From contig CBDBBI010000010.1 of NCBI GenBank assembly GCA_965202625.1, positions 2,784,001-2,848,000 of the forward strand: DNA of 64,000 nt, written 5' to 3'. The stretch comes from a bacterium (GTDB lineage: Bacteria > UBA8248). The stretch's first letter is position 1, and each line of letters starts with the position of its first letter. Under the pieces are notes generated by a model. That model made no database searches. It was given only the letters and a program-made list of their open reading frames with translations, and was not told where the DNA came from. Positions 39,100 through 47,860 of this stretch are shown here, in pieces. The position numbers and the translations under genes were made by a program.

Positions 39100-40143
39100 T
39101 CATTTCGCGCACGGGTTAGCGGCACAAGGGTTTTTCGCCGCGCAAGGATTCGCGGCACACGGGTTCTTTGCTGCACAGGGGTTCTTTGCCGCGCATGGAT
39201 TGCCTGCGCAAGGGTTGGCGGCACAAGGGTTTTTCGCTGCGCATGGGTTCTTGGCAGCGCAAGGGTTAGCCGCACATGGGTTTTTCGCTGCGCACGGATT
39301 CGCGGCACACGGGTTCTTTGCTGCACATGGGTTTTTCGCTGCACAGGGGTTAGCGGCACACGGGTTCTTTGCTGCACAGGGGTTAGCGGCACACGGGTTC
39401 TTTGTTGCACATGGGTTCTTTGCCGCGCATGGATTACCTGCGCAAGGGTTGGCGGCACAAGGGTTTTTCGCCGCGCAAGGGTTCTTTGCTGCACAGGGGT
39501 TAGCGGCACACGGATTTGCCGCGCATGGATTCGCGGCGCAAGGGTTTTTCGCTGCGCACGGATTCGCAGCGCAGGGGTTCGGGGCGGCACACGGATTTGG
39601 GGCGCATGGATTGGCGCCTCCGCTAGGCCTTCGCACCGTCTTCATGAACGCCTTGCGCTTCGCCTCCCAGTCTATCATGCGCTTGTATCGCTTCGGGGAA
39701 AGCGAAACCACGTAGGCTTCCAGGTCTTTATACTTTTGGGAATAGGGGTCCATGGGCGGGTTGCCGATGAACGCCGTCGCGCAAAGGTCGTTGAACTGCC
39801 CGACGCTGACCACCTGGCTCGCTGGACTCAGGCGCGGGAAGTGATCCGCCGCTCCGATGAGGGTGGGAATGGGGACCGGATTCCGAAAACCCATCACGTC
39901 CACCGCCGTGCCGCCGATCGTGCGGCCCCGAGGGTGGCAGCCCACGCAGCCGACGCTCCTGAATAATTTTTTGCCGCGCGCGACGGAATCCTTCACGCTG
40001 TGGTCATATTGCTGCGTATAGAAAAAGGGCGGAGGCGTGATGGTTGCTTTTTTCTCGCCCGTCTCCTGCGCATGGGAGGCTGCGGGAGTCGCCAGCCCGA
40101 AAGCTGCGGCGAAGATGATGGCCCACTTTGCTGTTTTCATCAC
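39100..40143 (-). CDS. Monoheme cytochrome c (SoxA/TsdA-like domain) with about 31 C-terminal NPC repeats
   Basis: Signal peptide, CVGCH, FPR...FNDLC...LEAYVVSLS, then NPCAA(K) tail of about 170 aa. Confidence 0.8.
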   Translation of the reverse strand: MMKTAKWAIIFAAAFGLATPAASHAQETGEKKATITPPPFFYTQQYDHSVKDSVARGKKLFRSVGCVGCHPRGRTIGGTAVDVMGFRNPVPIPTLIGAADHFPRLSPASQVVSVGQFNDLCATAFIGNPPMDPYSQKYKDLEAYVVSLSPKRYKRMIDWEAKRKAFMKTVRRPSGGANPCAPNPCAAPNPCAANPCAAKNPCAANPCAANPCAANPCAAKNPCAAKNPCAANPCAGNPCAAKNPCATKNPCAANPCAAKNPCAANPCAAKNPCAAKNPCAANPCAAKNPCAANPCAAKNPCAAKNPCAANPCAGNPCAAKNPCAAKNPCAANPCAAKNPCAANPCAK

Positions 40144-40223
40144 GTTCTCCTTGCTGAGAGTCTCGACCCCTGGGAATATGAAAAATCAGGCTCCACGACG
40201 CCCGCGTGTCGTTTTACGCGTCT

Positions 40224-41308
40224 CTATCCACCCTGGCAGGGATTCTTTGCCGCACAGGGATTTCCGGCGCACGGATTCTTGGCCGCACAAGGGTTAGCCG
40301 CACATGGGTTCTTGGCCGCGCAAGGGTTAGCCGCACATGGGTTCTTGGCCGCGCAAGGGTTAGCCGCACATGGGTTCTTGGCCGCGCAAGGGTTCGCCGC
40401 ACATGGGTTTTTCGCTGCGCAGGGATTCTTGGCCGCGCACGGGTTAGCGGCACACGGATTCTTGGCCGCACAAGGGTTAGCCGCGCACGGGTTCTTGGCC
40501 GCGCAAGGATTCTTGCCAGCGCACGGGTTTCCCGCACACGGATTTGCCGCGCAAGGATTGCTCCCCGCACACGGGTTTCCAGCGCATGGATTCTTCGCTG
40601 TCCTCGCACAGGGATTTCCAGCACATGGGTTGGCGCCACAGGGATTTCCGCCGCCGCCTGCGAGGGCATAGACGAAATTTGCCCTGTAGGAGCCGCCCCT
40701 GGCCTGGGTGGAGACGTTCACCCGGGTTCCGGCCTTGATGGAGCTGACGCTGATCGGCTTGGGTCCAAGATGGGCCAGCGTTGTTTTCACGACGTGGACG
40801 CTGAGGTTCTCGCCGGCGGACGTGCGCACACCAAGGTAGCCTTTTTGGTAGCCGGTAACTTCGCCGACGAGCATGACGCCCTCGCTCCTCGCGCGAACGC
40901 CGCCGCCCCCACAGGGATTCGCCGCGCACGGGTTCGCTGCGCACGGATTTTTGGCCGCGCATGGATTTCCGCACACGGATTCTTGGCCGTACATGGGTTC
41001 GCCGCGCACGGATTCTTGGCGGCGCATGGGTTAGCGGCACATGGGTTCTTGGCAGCGCAAGGGTTCGCCGCACAAGGATTCTTGGCAGCGCAAGGGTTAG
41101 CCGCACACGGATTCTTGGCCGTACATGGGTTCGCCGCACAAGGATTCTTGGCAGCGCATGGGTTAGCCGCACATGGATTCTTTGCCGCGCATGGGTTAGC
41201 CGCGCATGGATTCTTTGCCGCGCATGGGTTCGCCGCCTCAGCCGGCGTCGCCCAGACGAAAGCGGCCAAAAGCGCGCTGAACAGGATGAACCTTGAGTTT
41301 CTCCACAT
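40224..41308 (-). CDS. Secreted NPC-repeat protein (about 20 repeats, ~80-aa beta-rich domain, about 25 repeats); 1-nt frameshift near 40968
   Basis: Joins ORF 40787..41458 (signal peptide MWRNSRF...AEA from 41308) to ORF 40224..41027. TGTGCGGAAATCCA lacks one base relative to neighbouring units. Confidence 0.8.
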
Positions 41309-41537
41309 GGTTCTTCCTCCTTTGGGGGATGGATGCGATGCGAAACGTTTATGGTTCGTCAAAATTTGGGTTTCCTCGGTCGCAGTTGTTCGCGACGGTA
41401 TGCGTCGGGCACTCTCCGCGCAAAAGTTTGTGCGTGTCTCGTCCATATAATCCACCATATGACAGAAAACAAGGGCGAGGCTCTGGTTATTCCAGCCGGT
41501 GCTGGAATCCGGCGGAATTCTATCAGAATCGGGCGGG

Positions 41538-41960
41538 TTAGGGGAGCAGGCGCATTCCCAAAAAAGAGACGAAAAGGGAGAGGAAAATCGCCAGAAACCC
41601 GCAATAGGAGTGAATTTGTCGCCAGTCGTCGTTTTTCAGGTTTTTTCTGAGTTTTCGGCCCAGGTAGGCCGTCGCCCACAACAAGCATAGAGCCAGAGTG
41701 GCGAAATAGGAATGGGCCGTATCGTAATTGGGAGATTCCAGGGCGAAGCGCATTCCGCCCAGGCCGAGGGCGTAGCCCGCCGAGAAAAGAGCGGTGAACC
41801 ACCGCCCGAGCCTCATATGCAGACGGGCGATTCGCACCCTCTCGGGGCCCGTCCCCCTTCTTCCGGCGCGTCTGACCCGCAGACCGCTCGCCAGGGTGAT
41901 GAGGCCCAACGAGAGGGCGGCGATTTGAAAAGCCGGATGAAGATACGCCCCGAAATTCAT
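41538..41960 (-). CDS. Four-helix membrane protein with four His (DUF4079 / cytochrome b561-like)
   Basis: YLHP, RLHMRLG, TAHSY, QIHSY, each at or in a hydrophobic helix. Confidence 0.65.
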   Translation of the reverse strand: MNFGAYLHPAFQIAALSLGLITLASGLRVRRAGRRGTGPERVRIARLHMRLGRWFTALFSAGYALGLGGMRFALESPNYDTAHSYFATLALCLLWATAYLGRKLRKNLKNDDWRQIHSYCGFLAIFLSLFVSFLGMRLLP

Positions 41961-42173
41961 GCGCCGCCGTTCCAGAGAGTCGTATGTGTGAATGTGAGAC
42001 GCGCTTTTATCATCTTGGCCTTCGCCCTCCGCCTTGTCGAGAGGGAGGCGCAAGGCTTAGAATGGCGCGAACGCGCCTATGGCCTTCGGACAGGGGGTGA
42101 AGGGCGATGCCGCCCCCATGCGAGGGCTTCGTGGCTTGGAAAAGGTGGATCATTCTTCTTAAAGGAGGAAATC

Positions 42174-42850
42174 ATGGCCGTCATCGTATATGTTCTGACC
42201 AACCCGGCAATGTCCGGCCTCGTCAAGATCGGCAAGACTTCAAAGGACGATGTTCAGGCGAGGATGAGTCAACTGCATACGACAGGCGTTCCTCTTCCTT
42301 TCGAGTGCAGGTTCGCTATTGAGGTTGAGGACGAACAAGGGCCCGGGCTTGAACGGGCACTCCGGGATCGACGCCTTCGGTCCAGAGCAGACTGAGTCCT
42401 TCGAGAGAGTTCTTCGCAATAAAGACTTCCCAGGTGGTGGAGCTTCTCAAAATCTGGCCGGGCGCCAAAGACGTTACGCCAGAGGTCGAACGTGATTTGG
42501 ACAAGAATTTATCTTCCGAAGTCAGGGAGGCTACGAGGAAATTCAGGGAGGACAGGGAGGACAGGGAGGCTACGAGGAAATTCAGGAAAGCTCGCAGACC
42601 AAATTTGAATTTTAAGATGATGGGAATTCCAGAGGGATCAAAACTGGTGTCCACGCATGAGGATCGCGAGGAAGCGACCGTGATTGGGGAGCAGAAAAGT
42701 GTCGTTTCGGGGCGAGGAAATGTATCTGACGGCCGCAACCCAGATGGCCTGGAATCTGGATTACGGGGTTACCCCTTCTTCTGTACTGGACTTTCGAAGG
42801 CAGAAATCTCTCGGAAATTTACTCGGAGACGTATCCGCAGAGTATCGGCG
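42174..42850 (+). pseudogene. GIY-YIG / T5orf172-domain protein, multiply frameshifted
   Basis: IVYVLTNPAMSGLVKIGKT...RMSQLHTTGVPLPF; continuation RRPNLNFKMMGIP and FRGEEMYLTAAT lies in other frames. End approximate. Confidence 0.7.
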
Positions 42851-42961
42851 AGCGGCGGCGACGAGGAGGAGGACTAGGCCGAGAAGCCACCGCGCATATC
42901 TCTTGCGGAAGGCGAAAGGGAATTATACAGGCAAGGGCGACCATATACCCGTTCAGGAGGG

Positions 42962-43759
42962 ATGATGAACGTCGAGGAGGTGCGCGCCATCGCGCGCGGC
43001 AGCAAGGTGTTTGACTTGGGCGTCGCGCTGTTCCCCGGAATGCCCCACGTACCCCTGCACGGCCCGTTCGGGTATTCCATGATCAGGGAGCACGGCGATT
43101 TCATGTATGCGGGCGGGGCCTGCGCCGCGGTGGACACGTTCTTCTGTACCGGACACACGGGCACGCACGTCGACGCACTCGGCCACGTCGCCCAGGACAT
43201 GCAGCTCCACGGCGGGGTGGACGCCTCCTCCTCGCAAAGCAAGACGGAGGGACTCAAGGTCCACGGCATCGAGAGCGTAGCGCCCGTGGTGCGGCGCGGC
43301 GTGATGCTCGACGTGGCGGCCCACTTGAAAAAAGACGTCCTTGAAGCGGGGCGTCCCGTCACGAGGGACGAACTCCAGGCGGCGGCGACCGCCCAGGGGG
43401 TAGAGGTGGAGGAGGGCGACGTCGTCCTGGTGCGCACCGCGCACATGCGCCACTGGCCGGGCCGGAATTATTATTTCCAGAAAGGGGGCGTCTCCGGAAT
43501 CGACCTCGACGCGGCGAGATGGCTCTCTGCGAAGGGCGTCTTCATGGTGGGGAGCGATACGTTCGCGGTGGAAGTGCTGCCCGCCCCCTCCCTGCCGGTC
43601 CACCGCCATCTGCTGGTGGACTGCGGAATCCACTTGCTTGAGGTGGCGGTTCTGGAGGAGTTGAGCCAAGCGCGGATTCATGAGTTTCTATTCGTCTGTC
43701 TGCCGCTCAAGATACGGGGCGGTACCGGCTCGCCCGTTCGTCCCGTCGCGATCTTCTAG
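42962..43759 (+). CDS. Cyclase family (kynurenine formamidase-like) metal hydrolase
   Basis: HTGTHVDALGH, GSDT, PVHRHLL, GGTGSPVRPVA. Confidence 0.85.
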   Translation: MMNVEEVRAIARGSKVFDLGVALFPGMPHVPLHGPFGYSMIREHGDFMYAGGACAAVDTFFCTGHTGTHVDALGHVAQDMQLHGGVDASSSQSKTEGLKVHGIESVAPVVRRGVMLDVAAHLKKDVLEAGRPVTRDELQAAATAQGVEVEEGDVVLVRTAHMRHWPGRNYYFQKGGVSGIDLDAARWLSAKGVFMVGSDTFAVEVLPAPSLPVHRHLLVDCGIHLLEVAVLEELSQARIHEFLFVCLPLKIRGGTGSPVRPVAIF

Positions 43760-43792
43760 CCGCGCTCCCCTTCAGGCTTTCACGAGATATCC

Positions 43793-45040
43793 ATGCCCCG
43801 CGTGTTGGAGGACAAGGCGAAGGCGCTTCTGGCGGATGCGGGCGTGCGCGTCCCCCGGGGCCGCTCGGTGCGGACGCCGGCCGAGGCGGCGGAGGCGGCG
43901 CGCTCGGTTGGCGGCCCCGTGGTGGTGAAGGCCCTCGTTCCCGTGGGAAAACGCGGCAAGGCGGGCGCCATCCTTTCGGCGGATACGCCGGAGGAGGCGG
44001 CCCAGGCGGCCCGGAACCTTCTGGGCGGCGTGGTGCATCACTTTCCCGTTGAGCGGCTTTTGGTGGAGGAGAGGGTCAGGAGCCTCCAGGAATGGTATTT
44101 TTCCATCTCTTTTGACAGCGCCTCGCGCGGTCCGCTCATCATGTTCAGCACCGAGGGCGGCGTTGAGATAGAAGCGCTCGCAGAGAGAAGCCCGGACGCG
44201 CTCAAACGACTGGAAGTCGATATTCTGGAGGGCCTGAGCGAGGAGGCGTGCGTCTCTTTTCTGCGCGCCTGCGGGGTGAGCGGGGATGCGCTGTTTCGCG
44301 CCGCACTCCTCATTCATGCCGGCTACGCGCTGTTTCGCCGCGTGGAGGCGCGGCTTCTGGAAATCAATCCGCTCATCCTCGGCGATGGGGACGAACCCGT
44401 CGCCGCCGCATGCGTCCTTGATCTGGATGCGGACGCGCTGTTTCGCCGCCCTGAGCGCAAGGCGCTGCTGGATGAGACGTCGACGGACGGCTGGCGTCCA
44501 CCCACGCCCCTGGAGGCGCGCGTTCGCGCGATAGACGCCAGCGTCCCGCCGCTCCACACGGTGCGCTTCAGGGAGATTGCGGGCGGAGAGATCGCCCTTC
44601 TCTGGAGCGGAGGCGGAGGCGGACTGTATCTCCTCGACACGATGGCGCGTCTGGGGGGTAAGCCTGCGACGGCGTTTGACGTCACGCCGGGCCCCCTGGA
44701 GGAGAAATACTACGAGATCACAAAAGAGATTCTGGGTATGCCGAACCTCAAGGGAGTGCTCGCCGGAAGCAACATCACGAGTTTCTCGCGCGTGCAGCTC
44801 AAGGTTCGCGCCATCGTTCGCGCGGTGGAGGAGACGGGGGTCGATCTCGCCGAATTTCCCTTCATCGTCCGCTTCGCCGGCGCGGGCGGAGAGGAAGCGC
44901 GGGAGATCGCCCGAACGTGCCCAGGCCTGCAATATCTGGGCGATGATGCGACGCTTGAAGAGGCGGCCGAGCGCATCGTCGCCCAGGTCGAGGCGGTGAA
45001 GCGCGGCGTGCCCTGGATGGACGCGGGAGGTGCGCGTTGA
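43793..45040 (+). CDS. ADP-forming acyl-CoA ligase beta subunit (SucC/AclB-like ATP-grasp)
   Basis: VVVKA...GKRGKAGAI, GGVEIE, LEINPL, LDADALFR. Confidence 0.8.
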   Translation: MPRVLEDKAKALLADAGVRVPRGRSVRTPAEAAEAARSVGGPVVVKALVPVGKRGKAGAILSADTPEEAAQAARNLLGGVVHHFPVERLLVEERVRSLQEWYFSISFDSASRGPLIMFSTEGGVEIEALAERSPDALKRLEVDILEGLSEEACVSFLRACGVSGDALFRAALLIHAGYALFRRVEARLLEINPLILGDGDEPVAAACVLDLDADALFRRPERKALLDETSTDGWRPPTPLEARVRAIDASVPPLHTVRFREIAGGEIALLWSGGGGGLYLLDTMARLGGKPATAFDVTPGPLEEKYYEITKEILGMPNLKGVLAGSNITSFSRVQLKVRAIVRAVEETGVDLAEFPFIVRFAGAGGEEAREIARTCPGLQYLGDDATLEEAAERIVAQVEAVKRGVPWMDAGGAR

Positions 45041-45940
45041 GCATCCTCCTCGATGAGGCCACGCGCGTCATCGTGGCGGGAATCACCGGTTGGCAGGCGC
45101 GCACCCACACCGGGTTCATGCGGAAATACGGCGCCCGGGTGGTGGCCGGCGTGGTGCCGGGACGCGGAGGGGAGGATTGCGACGGCGTGCCGGTTTACGA
45201 CTCCTTCGCGTCCGCGACGCGCGAGCATCGGGCGGACGCCGCCGTCTTGTTCGTGCCCGCCGCCGCCGCTGCGGACGCAAGCATAGAGGCGGCGGGAGCG
45301 GGAGTCGGAGTGGTTCTCGTATGCGCGGAGGGCGTGCCCCTGCACGACGCCGCGCGCATGATCGCACACGCCCGACGCGCCGGAACGCGGCTCATAGGCC
45401 CCAACAGCCAGGGCGTCATCAGCCCCGGGCGCGCCAAGATGGGGGGTGCGGGCGGTGATTTGTCCGTCACGAACCTCTTGTTCCAGAGGGGGCCGGTGGG
45501 CGTTTTGAGCAGAAGCGGGGGCATGGGCAGCGAGACTTGCTGGCTCTTGAGCCGAGAAGGAATCGGCCAGACGACCTACGTGAGCGTGGGCGGGGACGCG
45601 CTCGTCGGCTCCCCTTTTTCTGCGTTGATGCCCTTGTTCGAGGAGGATCCTGATACGAAGTGCGTCGTCTTGTTTGGCGAGCCGGGCACGTCGGCCGAGG
45701 AGGATGCGGCGCGGCTGATGGGTGCGGGGAGGGTTCACCAAGCCGGTGGTCGCCTTCGTGGCGGGCATGATCCACGAGTCCGCCCCGCGCGGGGTGAGCT
45801 TCGGCCACGCGGCGGCCATCATCGAGCGCGGCGCGGGTTCTCCTGCGCGAAAAAAAGCGCTCCTCAAGGAGGCGGGCGCCGCCGTGGTCGATGACATGCG
45901 GGAGATTCCCGCCGCCGTGTGCGACGCCCTGGGCGGCTGA
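45037..45940 (+). CDS. ADP-forming acyl-CoA ligase alpha subunit (SucD-like), frameshift near 45730
   Basis: GITG, IGPNSQG, SRSGG, GGD, FGEPG; FTKPVVAFVAG...FGHAAAI (phospho-His) lies in the shifted frame. Confidence 0.8.
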
Positions 45941-46065
45941 ACGTTTCGTCTCCTGGCGGATAACCCCACCGAAGACGCCGGCGAAATAGGGGGGAATCTC
46001 TCAAAAACCACAATATTCATATTTTGTTTCGCCATTGCCCACCTTTTGACGAGGAGAAATTGCGA

Positions 46066-47745
46066 ATGCCCAGAATGACAGGTGCCCAGGTCATGGCCGA
46101 GATGCTCAAAGGCTACGGCGTGACCCACACTTTCCTGGTTCCCGCCGTTCTCAGACGCTCGATGGCCGAGATGGAGGAGCGCACGAACATCGCACGCATC
46201 CAGACGCACGGCGAGAAATCCGCCGCCTACATGGCGGACGGCTACGCGCGCGCGGGCAGGAAGCCCGGCGTCTGCATGGCGCAGATCATCGGCGCGCTGA
46301 ATCTGGCGGCGGGCTTGCGAGACGCTTATCTGGCGAAATCCCCCGTCCTCGCCTTCACGGGCGGGCGCGTGCCGCAGACGAAGTTCAGAAAGGTCTATCA
46401 GGAGGTGGACGACGTTCCCGCCTTCGAGCCGGTGACGAAGTTCAACGCCACGGTGGACGACGTCTCGCGCTTTCCGGACATGCTGCGCCAGGCCTTTCGC
46501 GCGGCGACTTCCGGGTGTCCCGGACCGGTGCATCTGCAATTCGCCGGAAACGAGGGCCAGCTCGACGTCGAGGAGGCCGATATGGAGGTGATCGTCGAGG
46601 AGGACTTCAAGGCACTCCCCCCCTACCGGCCGGAACCCGAGCCGGCGCGCGTGAGGGCTGCGGTCGAATTGCTGGAGAGGGCGCAGCGTCCCGTCATCGT
46701 CTCGGGCGGCGGCGTGCGCGCATCAGGGGCGTCAAGAGAGCTGATCGCCCTGGCGGAGAAGCTCAACGTTCCGGTGGCGACGTCGCTGAACGGCAAGGAC
46801 AACCTTCCGGGGAACCATCCGCTCTCCGTCGGCGTGGTCGGAACCTATTCGAGAAAGAGCGCCAATCGGGTCGTGAACGCAGCCGATCTGGTTTTCTTCG
46901 TGGGAACCGAGACGGGCGGCATGACGACGCACTTCTGGGCCGTGCCGCCCATCGGAACGCCCGCGATGCAGCTGGACATCGAGCCGGAAGCCCTCGGACG
47001 GAATTACCCCCTTCAGGCGGCGGTTCTGGGCGACGCCAGGGTGAGCCTGCAGAAGATGGCGGACGCCGCCGGCGGGGAGTCCGCCGCCTCGCGCGTCGCC
47101 TGGGTGGAGAAGGCGCAGGGGTTCGTCCAGGGCTGGCGCGATGAGTTTCGCGCGTATCTTGCATCCGACGCCGCACCCATGCGCCCCGAGCGCATCTGTC
47201 AGGAGCTGACGGATTCTTTGCCCTCCGACTGCGTCGTCCTGGCGGATACGGGTCATTCGGGCATGTGGATGGGCGGCATGTATGATCTCTCGCATCCAGA
47301 GCAGAGCTACCTGCGAAGCGCAGGCCACCTGGGCTGGGCCTTCTCGGCGGGTCTCGGGGCCAAATGCGCCGTCCCCGAGCGGCCGGTGCTCGCCTTCAAC
47401 GGGGATTCGGGGTTTTGGTATCACCTCTCCGAGATCGAGACCGCCGTCCGCTGGAAGATCAACGCGGTCACGCTCGTGAACAACAACGCCTCGGGCAATC
47501 AGTCCAAGCGCGGCTTCGACCGGGCCTACGGCGGTGTGCAGACGGAGCAGGCCGGCGAGCTCTGGAAGCTCAACGCGGTGAATTTCGCCGAGATCGCCGC
47601 ATCCATGGGCGCACTGGGAATACGGGTGGAAAAACCGGAAGAGCTCGGAAGCGCGCTGGACCGGGCGTTCAGCGCGAACCGCCCCGTCGTGATCGACTGC
47701 GTGAGCGACGTTGAGGCCATGGCACCCCTGGCGGTCACGGAGTAG
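46066..47745 (+). CDS. Thiamine diphosphate-dependent enzyme (acetolactate synthase-like)
   Basis: HGEKSAAYMADGYAR, PGPVHL, GDSGF...NN. Confidence 0.85.
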   Translation: MPRMTGAQVMAEMLKGYGVTHTFLVPAVLRRSMAEMEERTNIARIQTHGEKSAAYMADGYARAGRKPGVCMAQIIGALNLAAGLRDAYLAKSPVLAFTGGRVPQTKFRKVYQEVDDVPAFEPVTKFNATVDDVSRFPDMLRQAFRAATSGCPGPVHLQFAGNEGQLDVEEADMEVIVEEDFKALPPYRPEPEPARVRAAVELLERAQRPVIVSGGGVRASGASRELIALAEKLNVPVATSLNGKDNLPGNHPLSVGVVGTYSRKSANRVVNAADLVFFVGTETGGMTTHFWAVPPIGTPAMQLDIEPEALGRNYPLQAAVLGDARVSLQKMADAAGGESAASRVAWVEKAQGFVQGWRDEFRAYLASDAAPMRPERICQELTDSLPSDCVVLADTGHSGMWMGGMYDLSHPEQSYLRSAGHLGWAFSAGLGAKCAVPERPVLAFNGDSGFWYHLSEIETAVRWKINAVTLVNNNASGNQSKRGFDRAYGGVQTEQAGELWKLNAVNFAEIAASMGALGIRVEKPEELGSALDRAFSANRPVVIDCVSDVEAMAPLAVTE

Positions 47746-47860
47746 GGAGCGCGGCCGGGAGGGGGGATAAGCAGCAAAATTCAATCGCAAGCTTTGGTAT
47801 CGGTAGAGTGGATACCCGCGCATGTGGCATTTTCTCATTTCTTGTCGGGGGTATGTTATC

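Noticed and set aside
39100-41240. NPC-repeat DNA as a CRISPR array or non-coding satellite
   Set aside because: Units are 15/18 bp, in frame, without spacers and with synonymous variation, so they are coding repeats.
40224-41308. NPC protein as a RiPP precursor (bufferin/MNIO or ranthipeptide type)
   Set aside because: No DUF692/MNIO, radical SAM, YcaO or peptidase-transporter gene is nearby. Modification in trans is not excluded but is unsupported.
38849-41450. Plus-strand ORFs with AAQGFFAAHG repeats
   Set aside because: Antisense shadows of the NPC genes; the minus strand carries the signal peptides and CxxCH.
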